Source: Oscillospiraceae bacterium (GTDB lineage: Bacteria > Bacillota > Clostridia > Oscillospirales > CAG-272). From it: DNA of 64,000 nt. Below, piece by piece: positions 40,916 through 49,521 of this stretch (positions within the stretch are counted from its first letter, which is position 1; every line of letters begins with the position of its first letter). The notes below the pieces were generated by a model. It did no database searches. It saw only the letters and a list, made by a program, of their open reading frames with translations, and was not told the origin of the DNA. Made by a program: the position numbers and the translations under genes. Location: assembly GCA_015063325.1 (NCBI GenBank), contig SVUK01000004.1, positions 2,583 to 66,582 on the forward strand. Reading direction: 5' to 3'.

Positions 40916-41194
40916 CTATGCTTTGTCTCTGATTACGCCAAACGGTTCGGTCATCAGCCGGACGCCGAGTCGAAAGCCATAGGAGAACGCTTCGACCTCT
41001 GCCGTGGCGTTCACTTCCTTTACCGCTGAGTCGTATTTCTCAAACAGTTCGGCTTGCTCGGGGGTTAAAGAAGCGCCGAGTCTTTCCTGATCCTTTGCCG
41101 CAATGCGAAGCAGGTTTTTGTACTCTTTATTTACCTCGAGGAATTCTTCGACCGGATGGACGTTCCCGTACCACAAGTTTTCGAGTATTGTCAT
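40916..41194 (-). CDS. Small mobile-element-associated protein (DUF6809-like)
   Basis: ILENLWYGNVHP.E...AFSYGFRLGVRLM pattern. Confidence 0.75.
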   Translation of the reverse strand: MTILENLWYGNVHPVEEFLEVNKEYKNLLRIAAKDQERLGASLTPEQAELFEKYDSAVKEVNATAEVEAFSYGFRLGVRLMTEPFGVIRDKA

Positions 41195-41562
41195 GCGAAC
41201 ACCACCTCACTTTCCACGATCTCTTCGGCGCGATTGCGGATGTTGTTCATGCGGCGCACCCATTCCATTTGGTCTTTGGCTTTGAGTAGTTCGGTAATGC
41301 CTTCGACTTGTTTCATTTCTTCTACCAGTTGAGAAAACATTTCCTCTGCCTGGCGGTCAATCTCTTCGATATGCTCTTTCAGCTTGCCCGAAAGCAACAG
41401 GTCCGAATAGGTGACCCGCTTATGGTTACGCAGATACTCGTGATACATCATCCCGAAGCTGCCGACTTTCGGTGCCTCCGGCGCTTCCAGGCAGGGATAA
41501 TAGTAGTCGCCCACCAATTCATATTTCAGCCCGTTTTTTTCGTCTGTAATGTACTTTTCCAT
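41191..41562 (-). CDS. tnpV: TnpV-family transposon-encoded protein
   Basis: NGLKYELVGDYYYPCL, GITELLKAKDQMEWVRRMNNIRNRAEEIV. Confidence 0.85.
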   Translation of the reverse strand: MEKYITDEKNGLKYELVGDYYYPCLEAPEAPKVGSFGMMYHEYLRNHKRVTYSDLLLSGKLKEHIEEIDRQAEEMFSQLVEEMKQVEGITELLKAKDQMEWVRRMNNIRNRAEEIVESEVVFA

Positions 41563-41659
41563 TTGAGTTTCCTCCGATAAGTTTGATTTCACTCCGCAAT
41601 TCCCGTGTTTACCGTCTAAAACACGTTTTGCTTCGTTTTGTCCTTATCGTGGCTCACTC

Positions 41660-41836
41660 ATGTTGATTGCTTATGCAACAAAAGATCAAGGCGGTGCTTA
41701 TGAGTGCATGAAGAAAGCACAACAGAAAGGAATAAAAGTAACGGGAAATAAAAACGCGAAAATAGTTGAAGAAAGCGTTTTTATATGGTATAATTCATTT
41801 AAGAGAATCATCAAGCAAATGGAAAAGGAACGATAA
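41660..41836 (+). pseudogene. Possible C-terminal remnant of a SLOG/YspA-like gene
   Basis: MLIAYATKDQGGAYECMKKAQQKGIKV resembles the LIAY...GGA...A.KKG C-terminal motif; no RBS. Confidence 0.35.
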
Positions 41837-41930
41837 CTCCTTGGCATAGCAAAACCTCCTATGATAAATGTACTTTCATTTTACCATAGGAGGCTCTTTT
41901 TTTCTATGTCCGTTTTTTACGGACTTGTGC

Positions 41931-41980
41931 AGAGCGCGAGGGGAGGGGAAAACTTTTTGCAAAAAATTTTCCCCTCCCCC
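41931..41980. repeat. REP-like extragenic palindrome, copy A
   Basis: AGAGCGCGAG-GGGAGGGGAAAACTTTTTGCAAAAAATTTTCCCCTCCCC; related to 49700-49751. Confidence 0.65.
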
Positions 41981-41996
41981 AAGGTCTACCCCTTTT

Positions 41997-43355
41997 TCAA
42001 TTCTTCAAACTATGAATGGGTGCAGGGATGCGGCCGCCGCGGTTGATGAAGCGTGCCGGCGAATAGGTATTGAGCGGCATGACGGGTGCCGATCCAAGCA
42101 GTCCTCCGAACTCCACGCTGTCGCCTGCTTTTTTGCCGTAGGCAGGGATCAGACGGACGGCGGTGGTCTTGGTGTTGACAACACCGATGGAAATTTCGTC
42201 AGCGATAATGCCGTCAATCACCTCTTCGGGTGTGTCACCCGGAATGGCAATCATATCAAGACCAACCGAGCAAACGGCAGTCATAGCTTCCAGCTTTTCC
42301 AGGGTCAGGGCACCGCGTTCGGCGGCGGCAATCATACCGGCGTCCTCGGAGACAGGAATAAACGCGCCCGAAAGTCCGCCCACGTGGGAAGAAGCCATCA
42401 CGCCGCCTTTTTTTACGGCGTCGTTCAGCATGGCAAGCGCGGCGGTCGTACCGTGGGCACCGCAGGATTCGAGTCCCATTTCTTCCAAAATGTAGGCAAC
42501 TGAGTCGCCCACCGCAGGTGTGGGAGCAAGCGATAGATCAACAATCCCAAAGGGAACGTTCAGCGCTTTTGCCGCCTCGCTGGCAACAAGCTGACCCACG
42601 CGCGTAATCTTGAAAGCGGTTTTTTTAATGATGTCGGCAAGCTCGGAAAGATTACAGTCGCCTGCGCGGCGAATTGCCGAAGCCACCACGCCCGGACCGC
42701 TGACGCCAACGTTGATTGCCGTTTCCGGTTCCCCGATTCCGCAGAATGCGCCTGCCATAAAGGGGTTGTCTTCAGGAACATTGGCAAAAACGACCAGTTT
42801 GGCGCAAGCAATGGAGTTGTTGTCGCGCGTCAGATAAGCGGCGCGTTTGATAGCCGAACCCATGCGTGCAATGGCGTCCATATTGATTCCGGCTTTAGTG
42901 GAGGCAACATTTACCGACGAGCAAACGTTCTGCGTTTCGGTCAGTGCCTCGGGGATTACAGAAATCAACCGGTCGGTGCCGGTGGTCATTCCTTTTTGTA
43001 CGAGCGCGGAGAAACCGCCGATAAAGTTGATGCCCAAAGCGTCTGCCGCTCGTTGCAGGGTTTGAGCAATTTTAATGTAGTCCTCGGGCGCGCAGTTGCC
43101 GCCGATAAGCGAGATGGGCGTGACAGAAACGCGCTTATTGACGATTGGAATGCCGTAGCGTTTTTCAATTTCGCCCCCCACCGCAACCAAATTTTTGGCG
43201 CGCGAGGTGATTTTATTGTAAATATTATCGCAGAGCCGTTTCGGATCCTCGCTGACGCAATCCCAAAGCGAAATACCCATGGTAGTGGTGCGAATGTCGA
43301 GGTTCTCCTCACGGATCATCTGAATTGTTTCCAGAATATCTTTTGTGTTGATCAT
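41997..43355 (-). CDS. UPF0210/DUF711 (PFL-like) family protein
   Basis: [49 protein letters not shown]. Confidence 0.92.
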   Translation of the reverse strand: MINTKDILETIQMIREENLDIRTTTMGISLWDCVSEDPKRLCDNIYNKITSRAKNLVAVGGEIEKRYGIPIVNKRVSVTPISLIGGNCAPEDYIKIAQTLQRAADALGINFIGGFSALVQKGMTTGTDRLISVIPEALTETQNVCSSVNVASTKAGINMDAIARMGSAIKRAAYLTRDNNSIACAKLVVFANVPEDNPFMAGAFCGIGEPETAINVGVSGPGVVASAIRRAGDCNLSELADIIKKTAFKITRVGQLVASEAAKALNVPFGIVDLSLAPTPAVGDSVAYILEEMGLESCGAHGTTAALAMLNDAVKKGGVMASSHVGGLSGAFIPVSEDAGMIAAAERGALTLEKLEAMTAVCSVGLDMIAIPGDTPEEVIDGIIADEISIGVVNTKTTAVRLIPAYGKKAGDSVEFGGLLGSAPVMPLNTYSPARFINRGGRIPAPIHSLKN

Positions 43356-43367
43356 GGTTTTTCCTCG

Positions 43368-43637
43368 TCAAACGTGGTGCATGGTGTTAAAAATGTCTTC
43401 GTGCATGGCATGAATATCCAAATGCTTTTCTTTGCCCAATGCGGCAAGCTGATCGGCAAATTGCGAAAATTCGGTTTTTAATCCGTTGATATCGGTCAGC
43501 ATAATCATGGCGAAATAGTCGCTGATAACGCTTTGTGTAATATCCATAATGTTTGCGCCGTGTTTTGCGCAAAGTCCGGCAACTTCGGCGATGATGCCGA
43601 CGGTGTCTTTTCCGGTCACAGTGATGACAGCTTTCAT
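43368..43637 (-). CDS. ACT-domain protein (UPF0237)
   Basis: MKAVITVTGKDTVGIIA...HEDIFNTMHHV; usual partner of UPF0210. Confidence 0.9.
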   Translation of the reverse strand: MKAVITVTGKDTVGIIAEVAGLCAKHGANIMDITQSVISDYFAMIMLTDINGLKTEFSQFADQLAALGKEKHLDIHAMHEDIFNTMHHV

Positions 43638-43960
43638 AACTTGATTTTCCTCCTTGGGAATATTGAAAAAAGTATATAAAATATTATACAACCGGCGAAA
43701 TAAAATTGCAAGATTTTTGCATAATTTGTTTGCAAATTTGTTTGCTTTTCCAAAGACGGAATTTTTTGCGTTCGACAAAATTTGACCGCTTTTTTGCAAA
43801 AACCTGTGGAAAAGTCTGTGGAAACTGTGTAAAACTCGCTTTAAAACACGATAAAACAGATTTTTTTCAAAAAAATTTTTAGAAATGTTCTTTATTTTGA
43901 TCGTCCAAAATTGGAAAAAATGGGTGAAAAGTGGGTAAAAAAAGTTCGCTTTTTATATAA

Positions 43961-43997
43961 AAAACGGGATCGTCTTGCGTAGACGATCCCGAAAAAA
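43961..43997 (-). terminator. Terminator downstream of recX
   Basis: CGGGATCGTCT...AGACGATCCCG flanked by A runs. Confidence 0.65.
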
Positions 43998-44108
43998 GAG
44001 AAAAAGAGAAAAAGAGAAATAGAGAAATAGAGAAATTAAAAAAAGAAAAACAGAGAAATAGAAAAGGTAAAATAAAGAACAAATAGAACAAATAGAAGAG
44101 AGAAAAAA

Positions 44109-44768
44109 TTATTTTTGAACAAGACGAAATGCCGCACGAATCTCTTCGGGCGAATATCCGTACCGTACCAGCGAGGCATATAGCTTTTTGCGCGCGGCGG
44201 AATCTTGCGGTAGCGTGCCGTTGTGCTTGCGGATCAGCGCGGCGCAGTTTTCGGCAAAATCGACGGGTTCCAAAAGGGAAGGGAGCGAGGAAAACGCTTC
44301 TTTTGCAAATCCTTTTGACCAAAGATGATTTTGAATCCTTCGCGCCCCCCAAAGCTTGCGCAGGCATTTTTCTACCTCGCGCGCCAGCTGGTCGTCTTCG
44401 TTGATCAGTCCGGCGTCACGCAGACGCTCGGCGGCGGCGGTCGCTTCCTCCTTGGAGTAGCCGTGCCGCATGATCTTTTGCGTCAGGTGCAAAACCGACG
44501 CCGAGCCGTAGGAAAGCGCCGATTGCCCCGAGCGAATTGCGCCGCAAAGACGGGCGGCGGTTTCCAACGCGTCAAATTGCTCCTCGGTTATGGCTCCCTT
44601 TTTCGGCTTGAGCGCGCAGTATTGCTCGGTCAAAATCACCAGTTTGTGAACGTCGCGCGCCGACCCGTTTTCGATTACGGCAATGATTTGCATTTCCTCG
44701 CCGTTTTTTTGCGCACGTATGGATTCAATTGTGATCTTCAGCGGTTCGGTTTCGTCAAAATCGGTCAA
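44109..44768 (-). CDS. recX: RecX regulatory protein
   Basis: Directly after recA; GLINEDDQLA, WGARRIQNHLWSKGF, KLYASLVRYGY. Confidence 0.85.
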   Translation of the reverse strand: MTDFDETEPLKITIESIRAQKNGEEMQIIAVIENGSARDVHKLVILTEQYCALKPKKGAITEEQFDALETAARLCGAIRSGQSALSYGSASVLHLTQKIMRHGYSKEEATAAAERLRDAGLINEDDQLAREVEKCLRKLWGARRIQNHLWSKGFAKEAFSSLPSLLEPVDFAENCAALIRKHNGTLPQDSAARKKLYASLVRYGYSPEEIRAAFRLVQK

Positions 44769-44784
44769 AATACGTCCTCCCGGA

Positions 44785-45885
44785 TCAGTTCAGCCCAAGG
44801 TCAAATTCGTCGCCGTCGTCCTCGTCAACCTCAAATTCTTCCTCGTTCAGTTTGACGTTTTCGCTCTCGGCGCGGACTTTCGCTTCAATTTCTTCAAACA
44901 GCTCCGGATTGGTCTCTAACAGCTTGCGAACGTTTTCTTTGCCCTGACCGATACGGTCTCCGTTGTAGGAGAACCACGATCCGCTCTTTTTGATAATATC
45001 CAAAAGGATGGCGTAGTCCAAAACCTCGCCGGTACGGGAAATGCCTTTGCCGTAAAGAATGTCAAATTCCGCGGTGCGGAAAGGAGGCGCGACCTTGTTT
45101 TTCACGATCTTGCACTTGACGTGGTTGCCGTAAACGTCGTTGCCGTCCTTGAGCTGTTCGGTTTTGCGGACGTCGATGCGCACCGAGGCAAAGAATTTGA
45201 GCGCACGACCGCCGGGGGTGGTTTCAGGGTTGCCGTACATCACGCCCACTTTCTCGCGAATTTGGTTGATAAACACGACCACGCAGTTGCTCTTGGAAAT
45301 CACGCCCGAAAGCTTGCGCATTGCCTGCGACATCATGCGCGCCTGAACGCCGACCATGCTTTGCCCCATATCGCCTTCAATCTCCTGGCGGGGAACCAAG
45401 GCGGCGACCGAGTCGACGATGATGGCGTCCACTGCTCCGGAACGGGCAAGCGCTTCGCAAATTTCCAGCGCGTCCTCGCCGCAGTCGGGTTGGGAGACGA
45501 GCAGTTCGTCAATGTTGACGCCCAAAGCCTTGGAGTAAACCGGGTCGAGCGCGTGCTCGGCGTCGATGAAAGCGGCGGTTCCGCCGGCTTTTTGCACCTC
45601 GGCAACGATATGGAGCGCAACGGTGGTTTTACCGGAAGATTCCGGCCCGAAAATTTCAATAATTCTTCCGCGCGGAACGCCGCCGATGCCAAGGGCAAGG
45701 TCCAAAGAGAGCGAACCGGTATGTACCGCCTGGACTTCCATATGGCGGTTTTCGCCCAATTTCATAATCGAACCTGCGCCGAAATCGCGTTCGATTTGCG
45801 ACATTGCGGTGGCAAGCGCCTTCTTTTTGCCTTCGGCGTCCAAATCGGTGGGAACAGCGGACTTCATTTTTTTCGTAACAGCCAT
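44785..45885 (-). CDS. recA: Recombinase A
   Basis: [51 protein letters not shown]. Confidence 0.99.
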   Translation of the reverse strand: MAVTKKMKSAVPTDLDAEGKKKALATAMSQIERDFGAGSIMKLGENRHMEVQAVHTGSLSLDLALGIGGVPRGRIIEIFGPESSGKTTVALHIVAEVQKAGGTAAFIDAEHALDPVYSKALGVNIDELLVSQPDCGEDALEICEALARSGAVDAIIVDSVAALVPRQEIEGDMGQSMVGVQARMMSQAMRKLSGVISKSNCVVVFINQIREKVGVMYGNPETTPGGRALKFFASVRIDVRKTEQLKDGNDVYGNHVKCKIVKNKVAPPFRTAEFDILYGKGISRTGEVLDYAILLDIIKKSGSWFSYNGDRIGQGKENVRKLLETNPELFEEIEAKVRAESENVKLNEEEFEVDEDDGDEFDLGLN

Positions 45886-45938
45886 TTTCAAAAAATCCTT
45901 TCAAACGGCAAAAGCCGGTATTTTGGTGCGTTGTCTGT

Positions 45939-45967
45939 ATTATAGCGCGTTTTTCCCTGTTTGTCAA
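45939..45967 (-). promoter_or_regulatory. recA promoter
   Basis: Minus strand TTGACA-17 bp-TATAAT. Confidence 0.85.
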
Positions 45968-46087
45968 TAGGTTTTTAAAATATTTGTTTCCAAAAGTGGA
46001 ATATTATTTTTGACTAACCGATTTTAAATATTGTTAAATATTTTTATAATTCCAAAACAGGAACGAACAGCCGAGGAACAATTCGTC

Positions 46088-46202
46088 CGCCGCGCCGGGC
46101 GGTGACGGTGCCCGTCACCGCAAACAAAAAAGGAGCAAAACGCAAAAATTGCGTTTTGCTCTTTTTTAACTCCGCAAACGTTCCGTTTGCGGCGGCGCGG
46201 CG
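46088..46202. repeat. Four-way-junction (cloverleaf) palindromic element, copy 1
   Basis: 10-bp closing stem enclosing three hairpins of 10, at least 13, and 9 bp, all with 3-nt loops. Confidence 0.75.
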
Positions 46203-46208
46203 CGGCAG

Positions 46209-46451
46209 TTATCGAATTTCCTGATCCAGCGTGCGGAAGGTGTCTGTGTTAAAAAAATCGAAGATGGAAATGCCCATCCCGTCGCAAAGCATTTTGATCG
46301 TTACAATTCCCGGGTTGGTGCTTTTTCCGTAGAGAATATTTTTGATGGTAGAGGGAGGCACGGCGGATTCGGTTGCGAGTTTGTGAATGGACAGATGATA
46401 TTCTCCGCAGAGTGCCAGCAAGCGGTTTTTGACAGCCGAGCAGGTATCCAT
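46209..46451 (-). CDS. XRE-family HTH transcriptional regulator
   Basis: SIHKLATESAVPPSTIKNILYGKSTNPGIVTIKMLCDGMGISIFDFF. Confidence 0.9.
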   Translation of the reverse strand: MDTCSAVKNRLLALCGEYHLSIHKLATESAVPPSTIKNILYGKSTNPGIVTIKMLCDGMGISIFDFFNTDTFRTLDQEIR

Positions 46452-46503
46452 AGTAAAGAAACCCCTTTTTCAAAAGATTCAGGATAATTATATCCAAAAA
46501 GCC

Positions 46504-46532
46504 TTGACAAAGTGGGCTATATATGATACAAT
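46504..46532 (+). promoter_or_regulatory. Sigma-A promoter of the peptide/DUF6273 operon
   Basis: TTGACA-17 bp-TACAAT with an extended TG; GGCTATAWAT occurs in the spacer and again just downstream (candidate XRE operators). Confidence 0.7.
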
Positions 46533-46577
46533 ATAGGCTATAAATAGACCATTTCAAAAAAAGGAAAGGAGAAAAGG

Positions 46578-46697
46578 ATGAAAAAACTCTATCAACCGCC
46601 GGAAATTCTGAAAATTTCAATTGATTTACAGGATATTCTGACCACCTCGCCGGGGAGCAGTGAACTTGACCCGGACATGAAGATTTCAAAGCCCTAA
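46578..46697 (+). CDS. 39-aa small peptide, YxxP...DILTTS leader family (copy 3)
   Basis: RBS AAGGAG, ATG 46578: MKKLYQPPEILKISIDLQDILTTSPGSSELDPDMKISKP*; first ORF after the promoter. Confidence 0.8.
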   Translation: MKKLYQPPEILKISIDLQDILTTSPGSSELDPDMKISKP

Positions 46698-46732
46698 AAA
46701 AAGAAAAAAGGACAAAAAAGGAGAAAAAGAAA

Positions 46733-48529
46733 ATGAAAAAGAAGATTTTATGGTTTGTTTTGACCGCGGTTTGCCTTGCGGCGTTGCTTGGCGCATTTTT
46801 TGCCGTCAATGCAACCGAAACACCGGCAACCGACATTGTCGGACACAACCTCGCGCTGGATGACAGCATTCAGATCGACATTATTTATTATGTTGATCAA
46901 ACGGCTCCCGAAGGGGCAGAGACCGGCGTTCTCTGTTGGTTTGCGCCGCAGGAGAGCTATACTCTTGAAAACGCGGAGTACAAGCTGAAGCAAAACGGCA
47001 CGAGAATCATCGGCGGAAAAGAATACGCGCAGTATAATTCCCCGCGCATCCACGCAAAGATGATCACGCAGGACGTTTACGCCGTTTCCTACGTCAAAGT
47101 AGGCAATGAAGTTACCTACAGCGATCTGGATAAATACAGCGTGTTGCAGTATTGCTACAACAAAAAAGGCAGTACCTTCGTTCGTCCCGGCGGCACGGCA
47201 ACCTTGGGCGAGCTGATTACCGATATGCTCAACTACGGCGCAACGGTGCAGAAATACTTCAATTTTAATACCGACCGTTTGGCAAATGCCGAGTACCACA
47301 TGAACACCGTGGTGGACGGCACGCTGAAAGACGGAACGGCGCAAGGGCTTTACTACGTTGGCGAGACGATTGTCCTGTCGACCGATAGGGTCATTCCCGA
47401 GGGCTACCGTTTGGTTTGGCGGAACAGCGCCGGCGTTTCGCTGGGCGTTGGGCGGACGATTGAGGTTGCCGCTCCCTCAAGAAATGAAACCTACACCCCC
47501 GTTTTGCAGGACGCAAAACTTGCGAAAGCCGCCTATACACGCATTGATGCAGACGGAAACGAGGACGAGAACGGCGACTACATTCTGTTCGGTTCCTATC
47601 CGCAAAGAGAAATTACCGACGGCACGCTCAAGCTCATGCTCATGATGCAGGTCGGCACGGTGCCCACCCCCGAAGACCCGAAGGGCTGGACTTCCTACGG
47701 CTACTATATCGAAGGCACCGTACAGGATTATATGTGGTACGTCGATGTTTCCTACAACGGCGAAACCTACCGCGGCGTGTATTTCACTTCCTATCGGTCG
47801 GATTGGACAACAAAAGCTTCCAACAAGGATAACACCCTTCAGGACGATTACGGATATACCCCGAATAATTTCTATTGGTTCCTCTATGAGCCGCTCAAAT
47901 GGAGAATTCTTTCCGAGGAGGACGGCACGGCACTGATCCTTTGCGAAAGCATTATTGACAGCCAGCAGTATTATAACAACACCGACAATCGCACCATTGA
48001 CGGGGAGACGATCTATCCAAGCAACTACGAACACAGCGACATTCGCGCATGGTTGAATAAGGTCTTCTACGAAACGGCGTTTGACAAATTGCAACAAGAG
48101 TTGATCGAAACAACGTTGGTTGACAACAGCGCAAGAAGCACGAACCCAAACAATAGCGCAACAGCATTCAATGGTGGAATCAATCTGTATACATGTAAAG
48201 ATACCGAGGATAATGTATTCCTCCTCAGTGAAAAAGAAGCTACAACTTCGGCATATGGTTTTGGAACATATGACAGTTATGGTCCGACTAATACAAGATG
48301 TAAGAAAACCACGGCATATGCAAAAGTACAAGGTGTATGGATTCCTTCTGCAGATTACGCCGATAACGGGCAATGGTGGCTCAGGTCACCGGATTATGCC
48401 TATTCTACCAACGGGCGTTGCATCAGCCACGGTGGATGGGCAAACCCGGATAATCGCTGTAATCCTAACAGTACACGTTTTGGCATTGTCCCTGCTATGC
48501 AAATTTGGCTTGGAACTCTGCCCGAGTAG
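46733..48529 (+). CDS. Secreted protein with the shared unnamed N-terminal domain and a DUF6273-like C-terminal domain
   Basis: Signal peptide; FGSYPQ, YEPLKWRIL, SDIRAWLN, DNVFLLSEKE, WWLRSP...GIVPAM motifs. Confidence 0.85.
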   Translation: MKKKILWFVLTAVCLAALLGAFFAVNATETPATDIVGHNLALDDSIQIDIIYYVDQTAPEGAETGVLCWFAPQESYTLENAEYKLKQNGTRIIGGKEYAQYNSPRIHAKMITQDVYAVSYVKVGNEVTYSDLDKYSVLQYCYNKKGSTFVRPGGTATLGELITDMLNYGATVQKYFNFNTDRLANAEYHMNTVVDGTLKDGTAQGLYYVGETIVLSTDRVIPEGYRLVWRNSAGVSLGVGRTIEVAAPSRNETYTPVLQDAKLAKAAYTRIDADGNEDENGDYILFGSYPQREITDGTLKLMLMMQVGTVPTPEDPKGWTSYGYYIEGTVQDYMWYVDVSYNGETYRGVYFTSYRSDWTTKASNKDNTLQDDYGYTPNNFYWFLYEPLKWRILSEEDGTALILCESIIDSQQYYNNTDNRTIDGETIYPSNYEHSDIRAWLNKVFYETAFDKLQQELIETTLVDNSARSTNPNNSATAFNGGINLYTCKDTEDNVFLLSEKEATTSAYGFGTYDSYGPTNTRCKKTTAYAKVQGVWIPSADYADNGQWWLRSPDYAYSTNGRCISHGGWANPDNRCNPNSTRFGIVPAMQIWLGTLPE

Positions 48530-48532
48530 AAA

Positions 48533-49486
48533 GTGACCATCCCGGAAACCTATACGCGCATTGACGTTGACGGCAACGAGGACGAAAACGGCGACTACGT
48601 TCTGTTCGGCTCCTATCCGCAAAGCGAAGTGAAGAACCACGTTCTCGAAACCATGCTGAACACCAAAGCCGGCGATCTTCCCACCGCCGAGAATCCGCAG
48701 GCGTGGACGTCCTACGACTACTATATCAACGGCACCGTGCAGGATTATATGTGGTATCAGGACGTTACCCTGAACGGCGAAACCTACCGCGGCGTTTATT
48801 TTGAATCCTATCGACCGTCTTGGACGATTTATTATTCCTCGACTGGCAACAGCGACCAAGACGAGAATGGCTATTTTGTCGGTAATGTTTACTGGTTCCA
48901 ATACGAGCCTCTCAAATGGAGAATCCTTTCGGAAGAGGATGGCACAGCGCTGATTCTTTGCGAAAGCATTATTGACGGTCAGCAGTATTATAATAACACC
49001 AGTGACCGTACCATTGATGAGCAAATCTATCCGAATAACTACGAATACAGCGATATTCGCGCATGGCTGAACGAGGTGTTCTATGAAACAGCGTTCACCG
49101 AATTGCAGAAAGCGCTGATTGAGACGACGCTGGTTGACAACAGCGCAAGAAGCACCAATCCACAGAATGAAGTATGGAACAACGGCGTCAACGTTTATGC
49201 CTGCAACGACACCGAAGACAAAGTCTTCCTGCTTTCCGAGCGAGAGGTCACCAACAGTGAATATGGGTTTAACGGCGATTCCAATCGCATCAAAGTTCCA
49301 ACCGCTTATGCAAAAGTACAAGGAACATACATAAATAACGGCGATGGTGTTTGGTGGATCCGGTCGCCGTATTGCAACTATTCTCTCTACGGGCGCGGAG
49401 TCAGCTACGGTGGCATTGCCGCTCACTACGGTAACGTCTTCCACGCGGATTACGGCGTAGTTCCCGCTTTGCAAATTCGTTTCTAA
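48533..49486 (+). CDS. Second DUF6273-like domain, in frame with the previous ORF behind a TAG stop
   Basis: Paralogous to about 47533-48510; GTG start with no clear RBS; ends WWIRSP...GVVPALQIRF. Confidence 0.75.
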   Translation: MTIPETYTRIDVDGNEDENGDYVLFGSYPQSEVKNHVLETMLNTKAGDLPTAENPQAWTSYDYYINGTVQDYMWYQDVTLNGETYRGVYFESYRPSWTIYYSSTGNSDQDENGYFVGNVYWFQYEPLKWRILSEEDGTALILCESIIDGQQYYNNTSDRTIDEQIYPNNYEYSDIRAWLNEVFYETAFTELQKALIETTLVDNSARSTNPQNEVWNNGVNVYACNDTEDKVFLLSEREVTNSEYGFNGDSNRIKVPTAYAKVQGTYINNGDGVWWIRSPYCNYSLYGRGVSYGGIAAHYGNVFHADYGVVPALQIRF

Positions 49487-49521
49487 TTTATATCCCTACC
49501 GGGGCGGCGTTGCAAAATAAA

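Larger units (their letters stand above)
31031..41900. mobile_element. Decayed integrative island at tRNA-Gly carrying a giant surface protein; right boundary approximate
   Basis: Integrase remnant right after the tRNA; TnpV-like and DUF6809-like genes plus a gene fragment at the far end; no att duplication seen. Confidence 0.55.

Noticed and set aside
41600-41997. attR duplication of the tRNA-Gly 3' end
   Set aside because: No copy of CCCGTCATCTGCTCCA or similar was seen, so the island's right boundary is not fixed.
43879-44367. 162-aa ORF with a Phe/Leu-rich TM-like tail
   Set aside because: It comes from the low-complexity purine tract and overlaps recX.
45968-46080. LexA box at the recA promoter
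   Set aside because: The best candidate, AAAATATTTGTTTC (about 45977-45990), is too degenerate to call.
48527-48529. Genome-wide TAG recoding or pyrrolysine insertion
   Set aside because: Other genes end normally at TAG (24655, 29460, 40916) and no pyl genes are in the window.
46733-49486. The two DUF6273-like copies as a DGR TR/VR pair
   Set aside because: Their differences are not adenine-specific, include indels, and both copies are coding. No reverse transcriptase is present.
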